From assembly GCA_963745835.1 (NCBI GenBank), contig CAVUZH010000003.1:928001-992000 (forward strand): a stretch of DNA of 64,000 bases, written 5' to 3'. Within the stretch, counting starts at the first letter, position 1; each line of letters opens with the position of its first letter. Of this stretch, positions 10,552 through 20,108 are shown piece after piece. The position numbers and the translations under genes are program-made. The notes beneath the pieces are model-generated. The model did no database searches and was not told where the DNA came from. It worked only from the letters and a program-made list of their open reading frames with translations. Source of the stretch: an uncultured delta proteobacterium. Lineage in GTDB: Bacteria > Desulfobacterota > Binatia > UBA9968.

Positions 10552-11448
10552 ATGCAACTAACGATGCCTGCAATTTCGGTTATTATTCCTACATTCAACC
10601 GGCCGAGAGAGCTGGCCAACTGTCTCGCCGCCTTTGAGCGATCCAATTATCCCGCTGACCAGTTTGAGATCATTGTTGTAGATGATGGCAGTGTCGTGTC
10701 GCCTGAAAGTACGCTTGCTTTAATCAACAAGCGGCTCGATGTCAAATTAATTCGTCAAGCCAATGCCGGCCCAAGTGCCGCGCGGAACGCAGGAGCGAGA
10801 AGAGCTTCCGGCCACATTCTGGCTTTTACAGATGATGATTGTGCGCCGGCTGCGGACTGGCTGCAGCAGATTGCGCTGCGGTTTATCGCTGAACCAGACT
10901 GCATTATCGTCGGCGGGCGGACTCTGAACTCTCTTTCCGACAACATTTTTTCGGCCGTGAGCCAGCACATTGTCGATATTGGATGCGCTCATCACAACAA
11001 GGACCCAAATGACGCTCGCTTCTTTACTGCTAATAATTTGGCTGTGCGCGCGGCCGACTTCTTCAGGGTCGGCGGCTTTGATAGGAGCTTTGGGAATACT
11101 GCGTCAGAAGATCGTGAGCTCTGCGGGCGTTGGTTGCATCATGGCTACCGAATGATTTATGTGCCGGAAGCCACCATGTATCATGCCCATCGTCTGACTT
11201 TTAGGACATTTTGCCGGCAGCACTTTAATTATGGCCGTGGTGCCTTGCTCCTGCAGAAGATACGCCGACAACAAGGGTGGCAGCTCTTTAAACCAGATCC
11301 GCGCTATTATGCGAGATTACTACGTTCATCACTGTATGCAGGGCCGATAGCAAGAGTAGTTTCGGTTGTGGCATTGCTGGTTACGGCACAAGCAGCGACC
11401 GCACTCGGAATGGCAACCCAGTGGATCAATCAGGAGCGCCGGAGATAG
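10552..11448 (+). CDS. glycosyltransferase family 2
   Basis: ISVIIPTFNR, VVDDGS, GPSAARNAG, FTDDDC, SEDRE. Confidence 0.92.
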   Translation: MQLTMPAISVIIPTFNRPRELANCLAAFERSNYPADQFEIIVVDDGSVVSPESTLALINKRLDVKLIRQANAGPSAARNAGARRASGHILAFTDDDCAPAADWLQQIALRFIAEPDCIIVGGRTLNSLSDNIFSAVSQHIVDIGCAHHNKDPNDARFFTANNLAVRAADFFRVGGFDRSFGNTASEDRELCGRWLHHGYRMIYVPEATMYHAHRLTFRTFCRQHFNYGRGALLLQKIRRQQGWQLFKPDPRYYARLLRSSLYAGPIARVVSVVALLVTAQAATALGMATQWINQERRR

Positions 11449-12371
11449 TGGGAGCGCAACTATTTTTTTCTATCATAGTGCCAACCTATAATCGCCCCAC
11501 GCAGTTGGCCGCCTGTCTGCGTTCCCTTGCCGAAATCGATTACCCACGTGATTGCTTCGAAGTCATCGTGGTCGACGATGGCAGCGCAATTTCCCCAGAG
11601 TGGGTCGTTTCTAACTTTCGAGACCAAGCCGACTTCACGTTGATTCGACAAGCGCATGAAGGCCCGGGAGCTGCACGTAATACTGGGGCGGCACGAAGCC
11701 GGGGTAAATATCTGGCTTTTACTGCGGATGATTGCGTACCAGCACCGGATTGGTTGAGTACGCTCGCGCGGCGTTTCCGGAGCCTACCAAATTGCGCTGT
11801 CGGCGGACGAACACTTAATTATTTATCGGACAATCGTTATTCAACAGCCACCGATCTCCTGATCCAATATCTCTATCACTACTACAATCGAGATGCGCTC
11901 CGGGCACAGTTCTTCACACCTAACAACCTCGCAGTTCCTGTAGAACACTATCGCGTGTCAGGCGGGTTCGATGCATCATTCACTAGCGGTACGGGAGAGG
12001 ACCGGGACTTCTGTGATCGCTGGGTGAGTCAGGGCTATGAAATGGTTTATGCTCCTGAAGCGGTGGTTTATCATTCACATTTCCTTAGCTTACCCGAGTT
12101 TTGCTTCTTACACTTCCGCTACGGTCGCGGAACATTCGGATATCGCATGAAGCGTGCGCGCAGGGCATCCGACAACATTCATCTGGAACCATTATCGTTT
12201 TATATCAACTTGTTTCGGTATCCACTTTCGAAAGCTCCGGATTCACAGAAGCTGACGATGGCGCTGCTGCTGGGGTTATCGCAGGCGGCGAACGCAGCGG
12301 GTTATATTTGGGAAAAATTCTGCTGGGAGTTGTCGAAAAAAGAAACCGGACGGTTGGAGATGCTGCCGTGA
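11448..12371 (+). CDS. glycosyltransferase family 2 (paralogue of preceding gene)
   Basis: FSIIVPTYNR, VVDDGS, GPGAARNTG, FTADDC, GEDRD. GTG start overlaps the upstream stop. Confidence 0.9.
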   Translation: MGAQLFFSIIVPTYNRPTQLAACLRSLAEIDYPRDCFEVIVVDDGSAISPEWVVSNFRDQADFTLIRQAHEGPGAARNTGAARSRGKYLAFTADDCVPAPDWLSTLARRFRSLPNCAVGGRTLNYLSDNRYSTATDLLIQYLYHYYNRDALRAQFFTPNNLAVPVEHYRVSGGFDASFTSGTGEDRDFCDRWVSQGYEMVYAPEAVVYHSHFLSLPEFCFLHFRYGRGTFGYRMKRARRASDNIHLEPLSFYINLFRYPLSKAPDSQKLTMALLLGLSQAANAAGYIWEKFCWELSKKETGRLEMLP

Positions 12372-12376
12372 ACGGC

Positions 12377-12890
12377 ATGACCTTAAACTCCTGGTTTTTT
12401 CTCTGCTCGACGGTTCGCCGTTGCGACGATGGTTGCCGCAGGAATATCTGCGCGAGCTCAAAAGGTTCTCTCTACAGCAGTGGGCGAGGCAGGAAACGCT
12501 GGTGCGCGAACTCATGGCCGTCGCAACCGTTTTCGCGGCGGCAGGCCAGGAATCTATTCTCGTTAAAGGAGCCTATCTCGCGACACGGTTCTTCGGAGGA
12601 ATCGATCGTCGCCCATTCTTTGATCTAGATCTGCTCGTTAACAGAGACAAGCTGCCGGAAGCGCAGCGCCTGATGAGAGGTAGCGGCTATACCAGAAAAA
12701 TCCGCCATCCTATTCAATGAAACTTTCACCAATTACTTCGCGCACGGCTTCGACTTCACCAAGTCGGGTGTTGCAGTGGATTGCACTAGGCTCTTTCCGC
12801 CAACCCGGCGCATAACCTCGACTACCGCGCCATCTGGCAGCGGCGGCAGAACTTCGTATTGTACAATCGGAAATTTTCTGTGTTTATCCG
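12377..12890 (+). pseudogene. truncated nucleotidyltransferase (NTP_transf_5-like) remnant
   Basis: LVKGAYLA...RRPFFDLDLLV core, frameshifts near 12700 and 12780, a TAG where DLHW is expected, and no C-terminal half. Confidence 0.6.
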
Positions 12891-13585
12891 GATTTTACCG
12901 GTTCGAATTCTGGGCCTGACGGCAAGTGCCTTGGGTGAAATGTCGGGTACGGACTAGGGGAGGGAACTTCAAAGAAAGCTCGGACACAGCTCGAGTTTCA
13001 TCGTATACGCCACATCGGCAGAAGGTCTAAAGTAGAAACAACAATTCCTTCGTCCTGTGGTAGCCGCATCACTGAGCAAGATGCCGATCTCTATATAGCT
13101 GTTCATTCAAATCTGCCCCTATCAGCTTGCGTTCGAGGTGAACAAACGAGTGTGCAGCCCGACGACGCTGAAGTTTTGAGAACTACATAACGATAGCCGT
13201 AAAGGACAGACCACCATTTTGTGCAACGTAGTGCGCGACGCATAGCATATGGCCCATCCTGGCCTTGAAGGAACGGCGTGATGTTATCTCGTGCTAAGGG
13301 TAACCATTGTCAACGGTAATTCATCCGGTTCCGAAAGCCTACGTTAGGCGCGTCAGCTTTTTCGGTTACCAGAGTAGTTGATCTAAGCCGAGCGACAAAA
13401 CGTGTCGAACTTATAATCAATCGCCAGTCTCCAAGGGATTAGAAAATTATCCAGCTGGAGGATTTACGCAAACACCATATATAGTCGGACAGACGGCAAA
13501 TCATGATACGCCAGAACAGCATTATCACACTCAATCCACGCCGCGTATTTTACTTCTCAGCAATGATACTGCTACACGGAGACAG

Positions 13586-14713
13586 TTGCAGCTTTTCTAT
13601 ACCTCAAATGGTTATAGGGTAGAGCTTGCTAATTCGGATGAACACGCACTAAGTCGACTGAAGAAGAGAGACATCGACTTACTCGTAATAGATTTTGGAC
13701 ATCCGGACAGCAACAAAGTTGAAGTTGCAGTCCAACTGGAATGGAATCATCCAGGAGTATCCATTTTAACGACTGGCGATTGGTCCACCGATCATTATAA
13801 CTCGGCCTTCAGATACCGTAGCTGCGACTACATGGCTAAGCCCTTTGAGTCCCAGACGATTCACGATAAGACCCAGACGGCTTTGAAAAAAGCATACGTC
13901 TTTGCCGAAAGTACAAGTCTTCGCCAGTCGCTAAGCGATACTGAAGGCGAATTTGGGCTATTACTTAGTAAAACGCCTGCAATGCATCAGATTTTTGAAA
14001 CCATGCGAATGGCTTCACCGACGAATATGAGCGTAGTCCTCGAAGGCGAAGCCGGAACAGGGAAAGAGCTTATTGCCAGCGCCATTCACTGTCAAAGTTC
14101 TCGGCGAGATGGACCATTCATTCCCGTCAACTGTTCGGCCTATCCTGATTTCTTGCTAGAAGCGGAGCTTTTTGGCTGCGAAGAGGGGAGTCGTTTCAGG
14201 GGAGAGGTCAAGCGTTCAGGAAAGATTAAACTAGCCGATCGAGGAACTTTGTTCCTGGACGAAATCGAAAGTATGGATCCTTTTGTGCAAACGAAGTTGC
14301 TGCAAGTGCTCGAGGACTGCAATAGCGTGCACCTAGGCGGACAGCAAAGTCTTGATAGTGACTTGCGAGTAATTGCCGCTTCTAATGTTTCGTTACAGGA
14401 TCTCGTTGCCAAGGGAAAGATGCGACCTGATCTGTATTATCGGCTTAACGTTGTTCCTATTTATGTGTTACCTTTGCGCGAGCGCGCCGGCGATATTCCT
14501 CTCCTGATCGAGGACTTCCTTCGTTGGCACCCGATTGCCAATCAAAGGCGTATTGTTGGCGTATCACGTGAGCCTATAGCCCGCCTCATTCAGTACCAGT
14601 GGCCGGGGAACATTCGTGAACTGCAGAACGTGTTGGAAAAGGCCATTATAATGACTAAGGGTTCTGTCATTGAGAATATCGATTTGCCCTTCGTGAAGGA
14701 ACCGGTTAATTGA
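13586..14713 (+). CDS. NtrC-like receiver plus sigma54-activator AAA protein, lacking GAFTGA and HTH
   Basis: Receiver-like N-terminus (the frame extends upstream as PRILLLSND, so the true start is uncertain), GEAGTGKE, LFLDEI, DLYYRLNV, WPGNIRELQN. Confidence 0.8.
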   Translation: MQLFYTSNGYRVELANSDEHALSRLKKRDIDLLVIDFGHPDSNKVEVAVQLEWNHPGVSILTTGDWSTDHYNSAFRYRSCDYMAKPFESQTIHDKTQTALKKAYVFAESTSLRQSLSDTEGEFGLLLSKTPAMHQIFETMRMASPTNMSVVLEGEAGTGKELIASAIHCQSSRRDGPFIPVNCSAYPDFLLEAELFGCEEGSRFRGEVKRSGKIKLADRGTLFLDEIESMDPFVQTKLLQVLEDCNSVHLGGQQSLDSDLRVIAASNVSLQDLVAKGKMRPDLYYRLNVVPIYVLPLRERAGDIPLLIEDFLRWHPIANQRRIVGVSREPIARLIQYQWPGNIRELQNVLEKAIIMTKGSVIENIDLPFVKEPVN

Positions 14714-14920
14714 GATTCAAGTGAGTTTGGGTAAATTCGCCAGATACTGAGGGTTTTTGTTAAGACACGGAGATTACTCCCGGCCAAGAAATGGCCGGGT
14801 GTCAAGCCTTATTCAGGTTTCAACACTGTAGCCTTGGACAACAATCATTTCGTATAATGTTGATAGCTGCTAACCATACTTGAGCTGTGCAGAATTCGGT
14901 AGAGTTATCATTGAGTTTTC

Positions 14921-16132
14921 ATGGATTTGCCTTATAAAGAGCATTTCGGCCTCAAACAAGAACCGTTCAATATCACCGCCGACCCGGCTTTTCTCTATCT
15001 GAGCAGAAGCCATCGTGAGGCTCTGGCGCAGCTCTCATATGGCATCAAAGCCCGCAAAGGCTTTGTCGTTTTAACAGGCGAGGTTGGCACCGGCAAAACG
15101 ACCCTTATTAACGGCCTAATGGACGAGCTCGATAGCGATACCCGAACCGCTCTCATCTTTAGTCACATCGCCAACCCGTTTGATCTCCTCCGTTACACCT
15201 GTAACGAGTTCGGTCTAAGATCGCCGCAGCATTCGCGGGATGATTTCTACGAGTATCTGGCTCTGCTCAACGATTACTTATTTGAAAGTTACCGTTCTGG
15301 CAAAAACTGTGCACTGATCATCGATGAAGCGCAGAATCTCTCACCAGAAGTTTTGGAAAGCGTGCGGTTATTGTCAAACTTTGAGACCTCCAAAGACAAG
15401 CTATTGCAGATTCTCCTTGTCGGACAGCCGGAATTATCCGACCGCCTTAACTCCCAGGAACTGCGGCAGCTCAAACAGCGGGTAACTGTGCGTTATCAGT
15501 TGCGTTCTCTGACGTTGAAAGAATGCCACGCATATATCTCCAGTAGATTACAAGTGGCGGGTGGCGACCCACTGCTTTTCACGCCTAAAGCCGTGGAGGT
15601 TATATATGCATGCTCAGGAGGTATTCCCAGAGTGATCAATGTGATGTGCGATGGCGCGCTAATGACAGCGTACGGTTTAAGAAAGACCTACATCGATGAT
15701 TCGTTAATCCGGCAAGTCGCGGAAGATCTCCAAATAGGTGGCACCGTCTTCTCATGCGAGAAGGTGACGAAGGAAACGACTAATTCAACGCCGCCGATAA
15801 CGAGGGAGATAGCATCACAGTCTCAGGAGGTTTCTGAGCCGATTTTGCAACAACCCTCGGTGAAAGTAGCAGAATCCGCAGGAACACGGAGCGGCGTTGT
15901 ACCTCGCATAGTCTTCGATGAACTAAGTTTGATACTCGTGGATGCCATGGGGCCAATGGCGTCGATCGTATTGAAGGATAGAGCGGCTAGTCTCGGGGAA
16001 TCTCTCGATCGATTTCCGGAGGAAAAGCTAAAAGGACTGATAGAGCTTGTCAGTGATGAGATATTGGATCCATCAATGCGGCAAGATTTTCAAAATGTTG
16101 TTCAGGAACGCGTCATGCCGCGAGTCGACTAG
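14921..16132 (+). CDS. ExeA/GspA-family AAA ATPase with extra C-terminal helical domain
   Basis: YKEHFGLKQEPF, GEVGTGKTT, IIDEAQNL, LLVGQPEL, GGIPRVIN. Confidence 0.88.
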   Translation: MDLPYKEHFGLKQEPFNITADPAFLYLSRSHREALAQLSYGIKARKGFVVLTGEVGTGKTTLINGLMDELDSDTRTALIFSHIANPFDLLRYTCNEFGLRSPQHSRDDFYEYLALLNDYLFESYRSGKNCALIIDEAQNLSPEVLESVRLLSNFETSKDKLLQILLVGQPELSDRLNSQELRQLKQRVTVRYQLRSLTLKECHAYISSRLQVAGGDPLLFTPKAVEVIYACSGGIPRVINVMCDGALMTAYGLRKTYIDDSLIRQVAEDLQIGGTVFSCEKVTKETTNSTPPITREIASQSQEVSEPILQQPSVKVAESAGTRSGVVPRIVFDELSLILVDAMGPMASIVLKDRAASLGESLDRFPEEKLKGLIELVSDEILDPSMRQDFQNVVQERVMPRVD

Positions 16133-16377
16133 ATTAGCCATAAGCCACGAATCAACTTCGTTGCCATGAGCGACCAGCCATTGTAGTCGACAGTCTTCTC
16201 GTCTCCTTGTCATTTCCTGCCATATCCCTCGACTATCTGATTCCCCTGCGAGCTGCTCTAGGTGTTTCCTCAATTACGCCTGTCCTGTGCTCTTCCCGAT
16301 CAATTCTACCGTGTCTCGACTTAGTGCCGGATCGCTCATACGATGGACATCATCTCGTATCCAAGCAGAGCTATGCC

Positions 16378-16386
16378 TGCTATAAT
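16378..16386 (+). promoter_or_regulatory. extended -10 promoter candidate (TGnTATAAT)
   Basis: TGCTATAAT lies about 55 nt upstream of ATG 16442. Confidence 0.4.
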
Positions 16387-16441
16387 TCGCCGCACACAGT
16401 TATTCTTGGGTTGACAGAGTACACACAAAGGGGCGTAAGGC

Positions 16442-17383
16442 ATGGCTGATCGTTACCTCATCACTGGCGGTGCGGGTTTTATTGGTTCTCATTTAGTTAA
16501 GCATGTTCTCGGTGCCGGCGGCAACGTGCGGGTTGTGGATAATCTGTCCACTGGCTCCGCTAAGCGACTCAATCAGATTCGTGACTCGGTAGAACTCGTG
16601 ACAGGTGATTTGGCCGATAATTCCGTCGCTGCAGAAGTTGTCAAAGACGTGGACTATGTTTTACATCAGGCCGCCGTTCCGTCTGTACAGCGATCCGTTG
16701 TCGATCCAGTCGGTACCAACCGGTCTAATGTTACAGCCACTTTAAATCTCCTGGAAAACTCTCGGAAGGCGCGAGTTCGCCGCTTCGTCTATGCCGCTTC
16801 ATCTTCAGCTTACGGGGACACTGAGGTTCTGCCGAAAAGCGAAGACATGCCGGCGAATCCACTTTCGCCCTACGCGTTACAAAAATGGGTAGGGGAGCGC
16901 TACTGCAAACTCTATCATGAGCTTTATGGTCTCGAGACTGTCAGCCTGAGGTACTTCAACGTCTTCGGTCCCGGGCAAGATCCTTACTCAGAATATTCGG
17001 CTGTGATTCCTAAATTTACTACCAAGCTCTTAGCTCAAGAGCCGATCACCGTCTATGGAGACGGTGAGCAGTCACGAGATTTCACCTACATCGATAATGT
17101 CATCCAAGCCAACTTGCTTGCGTTGCGCGCGCCGAATGCACCTGGGGAAGTTTGCAACATCGGTTGCGGCCAGCGGGTTACCCTTAATCAGCTAATTCAA
17201 ATTTTGGAAGAACTTCTGAAAGTTCGGACACAGGTCACTTACGCTCCAGCTAAGCCGGGCGATGTGCGTCATTCCTTGGCGGACATTACCAAAGCGACAC
17301 GCGTCCTCGGATACGTTCCGGAAACCGAAATAGAGGAAGGACTAAGGAAAACAGTCGAAGCACTCGTGAAATCCAACGACTAA
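16442..17383 (+). CDS. NAD-dependent nucleotide-sugar epimerase/dehydratase (WbpP-like extended SDR)
   Basis: TGGAGFIG, ASSSAYG, SPYALQK (YxxxK), LRYFNVFGP. Confidence 0.92.
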   Translation: MADRYLITGGAGFIGSHLVKHVLGAGGNVRVVDNLSTGSAKRLNQIRDSVELVTGDLADNSVAAEVVKDVDYVLHQAAVPSVQRSVVDPVGTNRSNVTATLNLLENSRKARVRRFVYAASSSAYGDTEVLPKSEDMPANPLSPYALQKWVGERYCKLYHELYGLETVSLRYFNVFGPGQDPYSEYSAVIPKFTTKLLAQEPITVYGDGEQSRDFTYIDNVIQANLLALRAPNAPGEVCNIGCGQRVTLNQLIQILEELLKVRTQVTYAPAKPGDVRHSLADITKATRVLGYVPETEIEEGLRKTVEALVKSND

Positions 17384-17421
17384 TGTGAGCGATCGCTCAA
17401 CAAACACTCAGGGGATCCTGT

Positions 17422-18237
17422 TCAATCGTAAGACAAATGCTTCCGGTAGATGTCGGTTCTGCGGTTCTGCAGGAGCGGCAGCTTTGCGCGGGTGTCGTGA
17501 ACTAAATTAAAGTCGATCTCAATGATTTCGACGCCTTCTCGCTCGCCAAGATCCACTACTGTCCGGCCTAACGGATCGACGATCATGCTGCGACCAATGT
17601 AGATATTGCCCACCTGATCCGGCGCGATGACGTAGCAGCCGCTTTCGAGAGCTCGGGCGCGGATCATGGTTTGCCAGTGATCCACTTTCAATTCGCCTTG
17701 CACCCAACCAGACGGCGCGAGCAGTATGTTGGCTCCTGATAAACTCAGCATGCGCCCCATCTCGGGGAATCGAAGATCATAGCAGATCATCATGCCGTAA
17801 CAGCCATCCTCGAACGTCACCGGCGCTGTCAGGTCGACGCCAGCGGCAAATTTGTCGGACTCGCGGAAACCGAAGGCGTCGTACAAGTGCAGCTTGCGGT
17901 AAACAGCCGCGATATTGCCCTCAGTATCGATCCACAGAGCGCTGTCGTATACACGATCAGGAATAGAGCAGGTCTCGTAGATCGTCGCTACGATCGCGGT
18001 ACGCGTTGCTTTAGCCGCTTCCTTCAGTGTTGTTACAAAATTGCCTTGAAGCGGCTCGGCAACTTGGGCGAGCTCCTTAGCTGTTTGACTGGCCGGTGAA
18101 AACGCCATTAAGAATTCGGGAAAGACAACCAGATCGGCGCCACCGCTGTTGCTATCTTTGACCAGCTCGAGAGCTCTGCGTAGATTTTCTCTTTTTTCCG
18201 TTGAGGACTGGATTTGGACGATGGCCACTTTGCTCAT
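17422..18237 (-). CDS. carbon-nitrogen hydrolase (Nit1/deaminated-glutathione amidase-like)
   Basis: VFPE, YRKLHLYD and ICYDLRFPE give the catalytic E-K-C triad. Confidence 0.9.
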   Translation of the reverse strand: MSKVAIVQIQSSTEKRENLRRALELVKDSNSGGADLVVFPEFLMAFSPASQTAKELAQVAEPLQGNFVTTLKEAAKATRTAIVATIYETCSIPDRVYDSALWIDTEGNIAAVYRKLHLYDAFGFRESDKFAAGVDLTAPVTFEDGCYGMMICYDLRFPEMGRMLSLSGANILLAPSGWVQGELKVDHWQTMIRARALESGCYVIAPDQVGNIYIGRSMIVDPLGRTVVDLGEREGVEIIEIDFNLVHDTRAKLPLLQNRRTDIYRKHLSYD

Positions 18238-18330
18238 GTAACATTGCTTTCCATGGTTTTCGACCGATAATCAGGATCTTGCAGTCAGGAGGGTTCGCGA
18301 CAATCTATACTCCTCACGCATTCCCACCCT

Positions 18331-19386
18331 TCACACCTCAAGCTTTTGCCCTGCCTGTTTTTTCTTTGCTTTCTCTAAAACCAACGCACCTAAAGCCACA
18401 TCGGCGACGCCTTGGCCGGCATTGTTCTTGTATAGACTGATCTGGTCGGCGTGGGTTCGACCGTCATCTTGGCCGGCCAGGATGGCGCCGATCTCAATCA
18501 ACTGTTCCCATTTGATGACGCCACGGTTGATCGGATCGAAGATATCGGCCTGCTCGTCCTGGATCGCCTGTTGAACTGAAACGATGCCCCGCACGTGACT
18601 GCGCGCGAGGGTGGCGTCGTCGATCTCACGCCGTTTGGCGGCGGTAAAGCCGCCCTTCACCAAACCGACATTACTGCCGACAATGGTCGTGACATGCTGG
18701 CCTGGCTCGAGCCAATTGCCGTCAAATACCGGAACGCTCGAGTTCGTTGCCGCTAATATGATGTCTACTCCGCGAACCGCCTCCTGTGGCGACGATACCG
18801 GTGTAATGTTGAGATTTGTCAGTGGCTCCATCTCTTCGGCGAATCGTTTGCGGTTCTCCGGATTGCGACTATAAACCTTCACATTTTTGAGCTTGCGGAC
18901 TTGCATGAGCGCAAGCAGGTGGTTTTTTGCCTGACCGGCCGCGCCAAAAATGCCAAGGGTTGAAGCGTCCTGGCGCGCCAACAAATCGGTCCCCACCGCG
19001 CTGGTGGCCGCCGTGCGCAGGCCGGTTACGGCAATGTTGTTGGGCAGCTCCGAACAGGTGATCTCACCGATAATGATTCCTTTGAGCTCGCCTTCGGCGG
19101 CATCGTAGAGCACGATTACCGGATGGTTGAGCCGCGGATAAACCTGCTCTTCGGCCATGGGTTTGACCCATTCGCAATGGGTCATCAGGCCAGTGGCTCC
19201 CGCTGCCGGGACGCCACCCTGATGCACGCTTACACGCACACCGGTGGGAATGTGAATCCGCCGCCGTGGCGCATTTAGCTGAGGATTCTCGCCCCACTCA
19301 CGAAAACCTGTGCGAACCGCTTCGACGGCTTCCGCCATTGTCACAATACCTCTGATTTCGTGCGGGCTGACGAGGAAGGTTTCCAT
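18331..19386 (-). CDS. ornithine cyclodeaminase/mu-crystallin family protein
   Basis: TGLRTAATSAV, GIFGAAGQA, DIILAATNS, GQGVADVA. Confidence 0.88.
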   Translation of the reverse strand: METFLVSPHEIRGIVTMAEAVEAVRTGFREWGENPQLNAPRRRIHIPTGVRVSVHQGGVPAAGATGLMTHCEWVKPMAEEQVYPRLNHPVIVLYDAAEGELKGIIIGEITCSELPNNIAVTGLRTAATSAVGTDLLARQDASTLGIFGAAGQAKNHLLALMQVRKLKNVKVYSRNPENRKRFAEEMEPLTNLNITPVSSPQEAVRGVDIILAATNSSVPVFDGNWLEPGQHVTTIVGSNVGLVKGGFTAAKRREIDDATLARSHVRGIVSVQQAIQDEQADIFDPINRGVIKWEQLIEIGAILAGQDDGRTHADQISLYKNNAGQGVADVALGALVLEKAKKKQAGQKLEV

Positions 19387-19424
19387 CTATTCTCCTGTTG
19401 GGCTGCGGTTCGAATCAGAGCGCT

Positions 19425-19985
19425 TTATAATGTGCAGGCTACGGCGGGACGGGCCAGGAGTTCCTCTCCCCAACGCTGTAGGTTCGGGTAGTTATCGTCG
19501 ATAGGGACGCCGTATCTGTGGCGCCGCGCGTAAAAAGGAATGAAGGAAACATCGGCTAGCGAATAGTCGCCGACAATGAAACGCTTGCCGGCCATTTCCT
19601 TTTCGAGGGTACTGAGATGCTGCTGCAGAAGTTGCAGTGCTCTATCGGGCTCGCGATCGTGGGTGATATCGCTGGCCGCCGGGTGAACGCGACTGTTTAG
19701 GAAGTCGATCCAGATCCTCGCTTTAGCCCTTTGCAACGCATTCTTCGGAAGCAGCGTTAACTCGTTAAATTTTTCATCGAGATACTCGTTGATGATCGCG
19801 GATTCGTAAATCACCCCGGCGCCGTCGACAAGCACCGGAACTTTGGCATAAGGATTCAGCTCGAGCAAATCCTTCGGTTTGTTTTTCAAATTGACTTCCA
19901 CGAGCTCATACGAAATCTTCTTTTCAGAAAGGACAATCCTTGTCCTGTGCGCATAAGGTCAGGTATGACAGGAATACAGTTTCAC
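19425..19985 (-). CDS. glutathione S-transferase family selenoprotein (in-frame UGA at codon 9, CHTU-PYA)
   Basis: GGAGG RBS and GTG at 19985 give MKLYSCHT*PYAHRTRIVLSEKKISYEL, in frame with the tracked ORF 19425-19901 (LNPYAKVPVL, IYESAIINEYLDE). TGA at 19961-19959. Confidence 0.85.
19930..19946 (-). promoter_or_regulatory. bacterial SECIS-like hairpin
   Basis: AGGACAA-GGA-TTGTCCT (7-bp stem, G-starting loop) begins 12 nt after the UGA. Confidence 0.75.
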
Positions 19986-20108
19986 GGGATACCTCCTTTG
20001 TTGAGGTCCATATCAACTGGGTGCAAATCGTTCAAGTCGTTGAAGCAAAGCAAATTGCCGGATAAGCAGATGAAAGTGCTCATTGTTGCTTGGAATGTTA
20101 GAACGCGT

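Noticed and set aside
12785-12790. In-frame TAG as possible pyrrolysine or readthrough
   Set aside because: It falls at an expected Trp (DLHW) inside a multiply broken, truncated gene.
13295-13375. c-di-GMP-I riboswitch-like segment (CCGAAAG...GTCAGC...GGTTACC)
   Set aside because: The GGCAAA/GCAAA core and P2/P3 layout could not be matched. An Infernal search would be needed.
14779-14799. CCCGGCCA-AGAAA-TGGCCGGG hairpin as terminator
   Set aside because: Real 8-bp stem but no U-tract on either side, so its function is unsupported.
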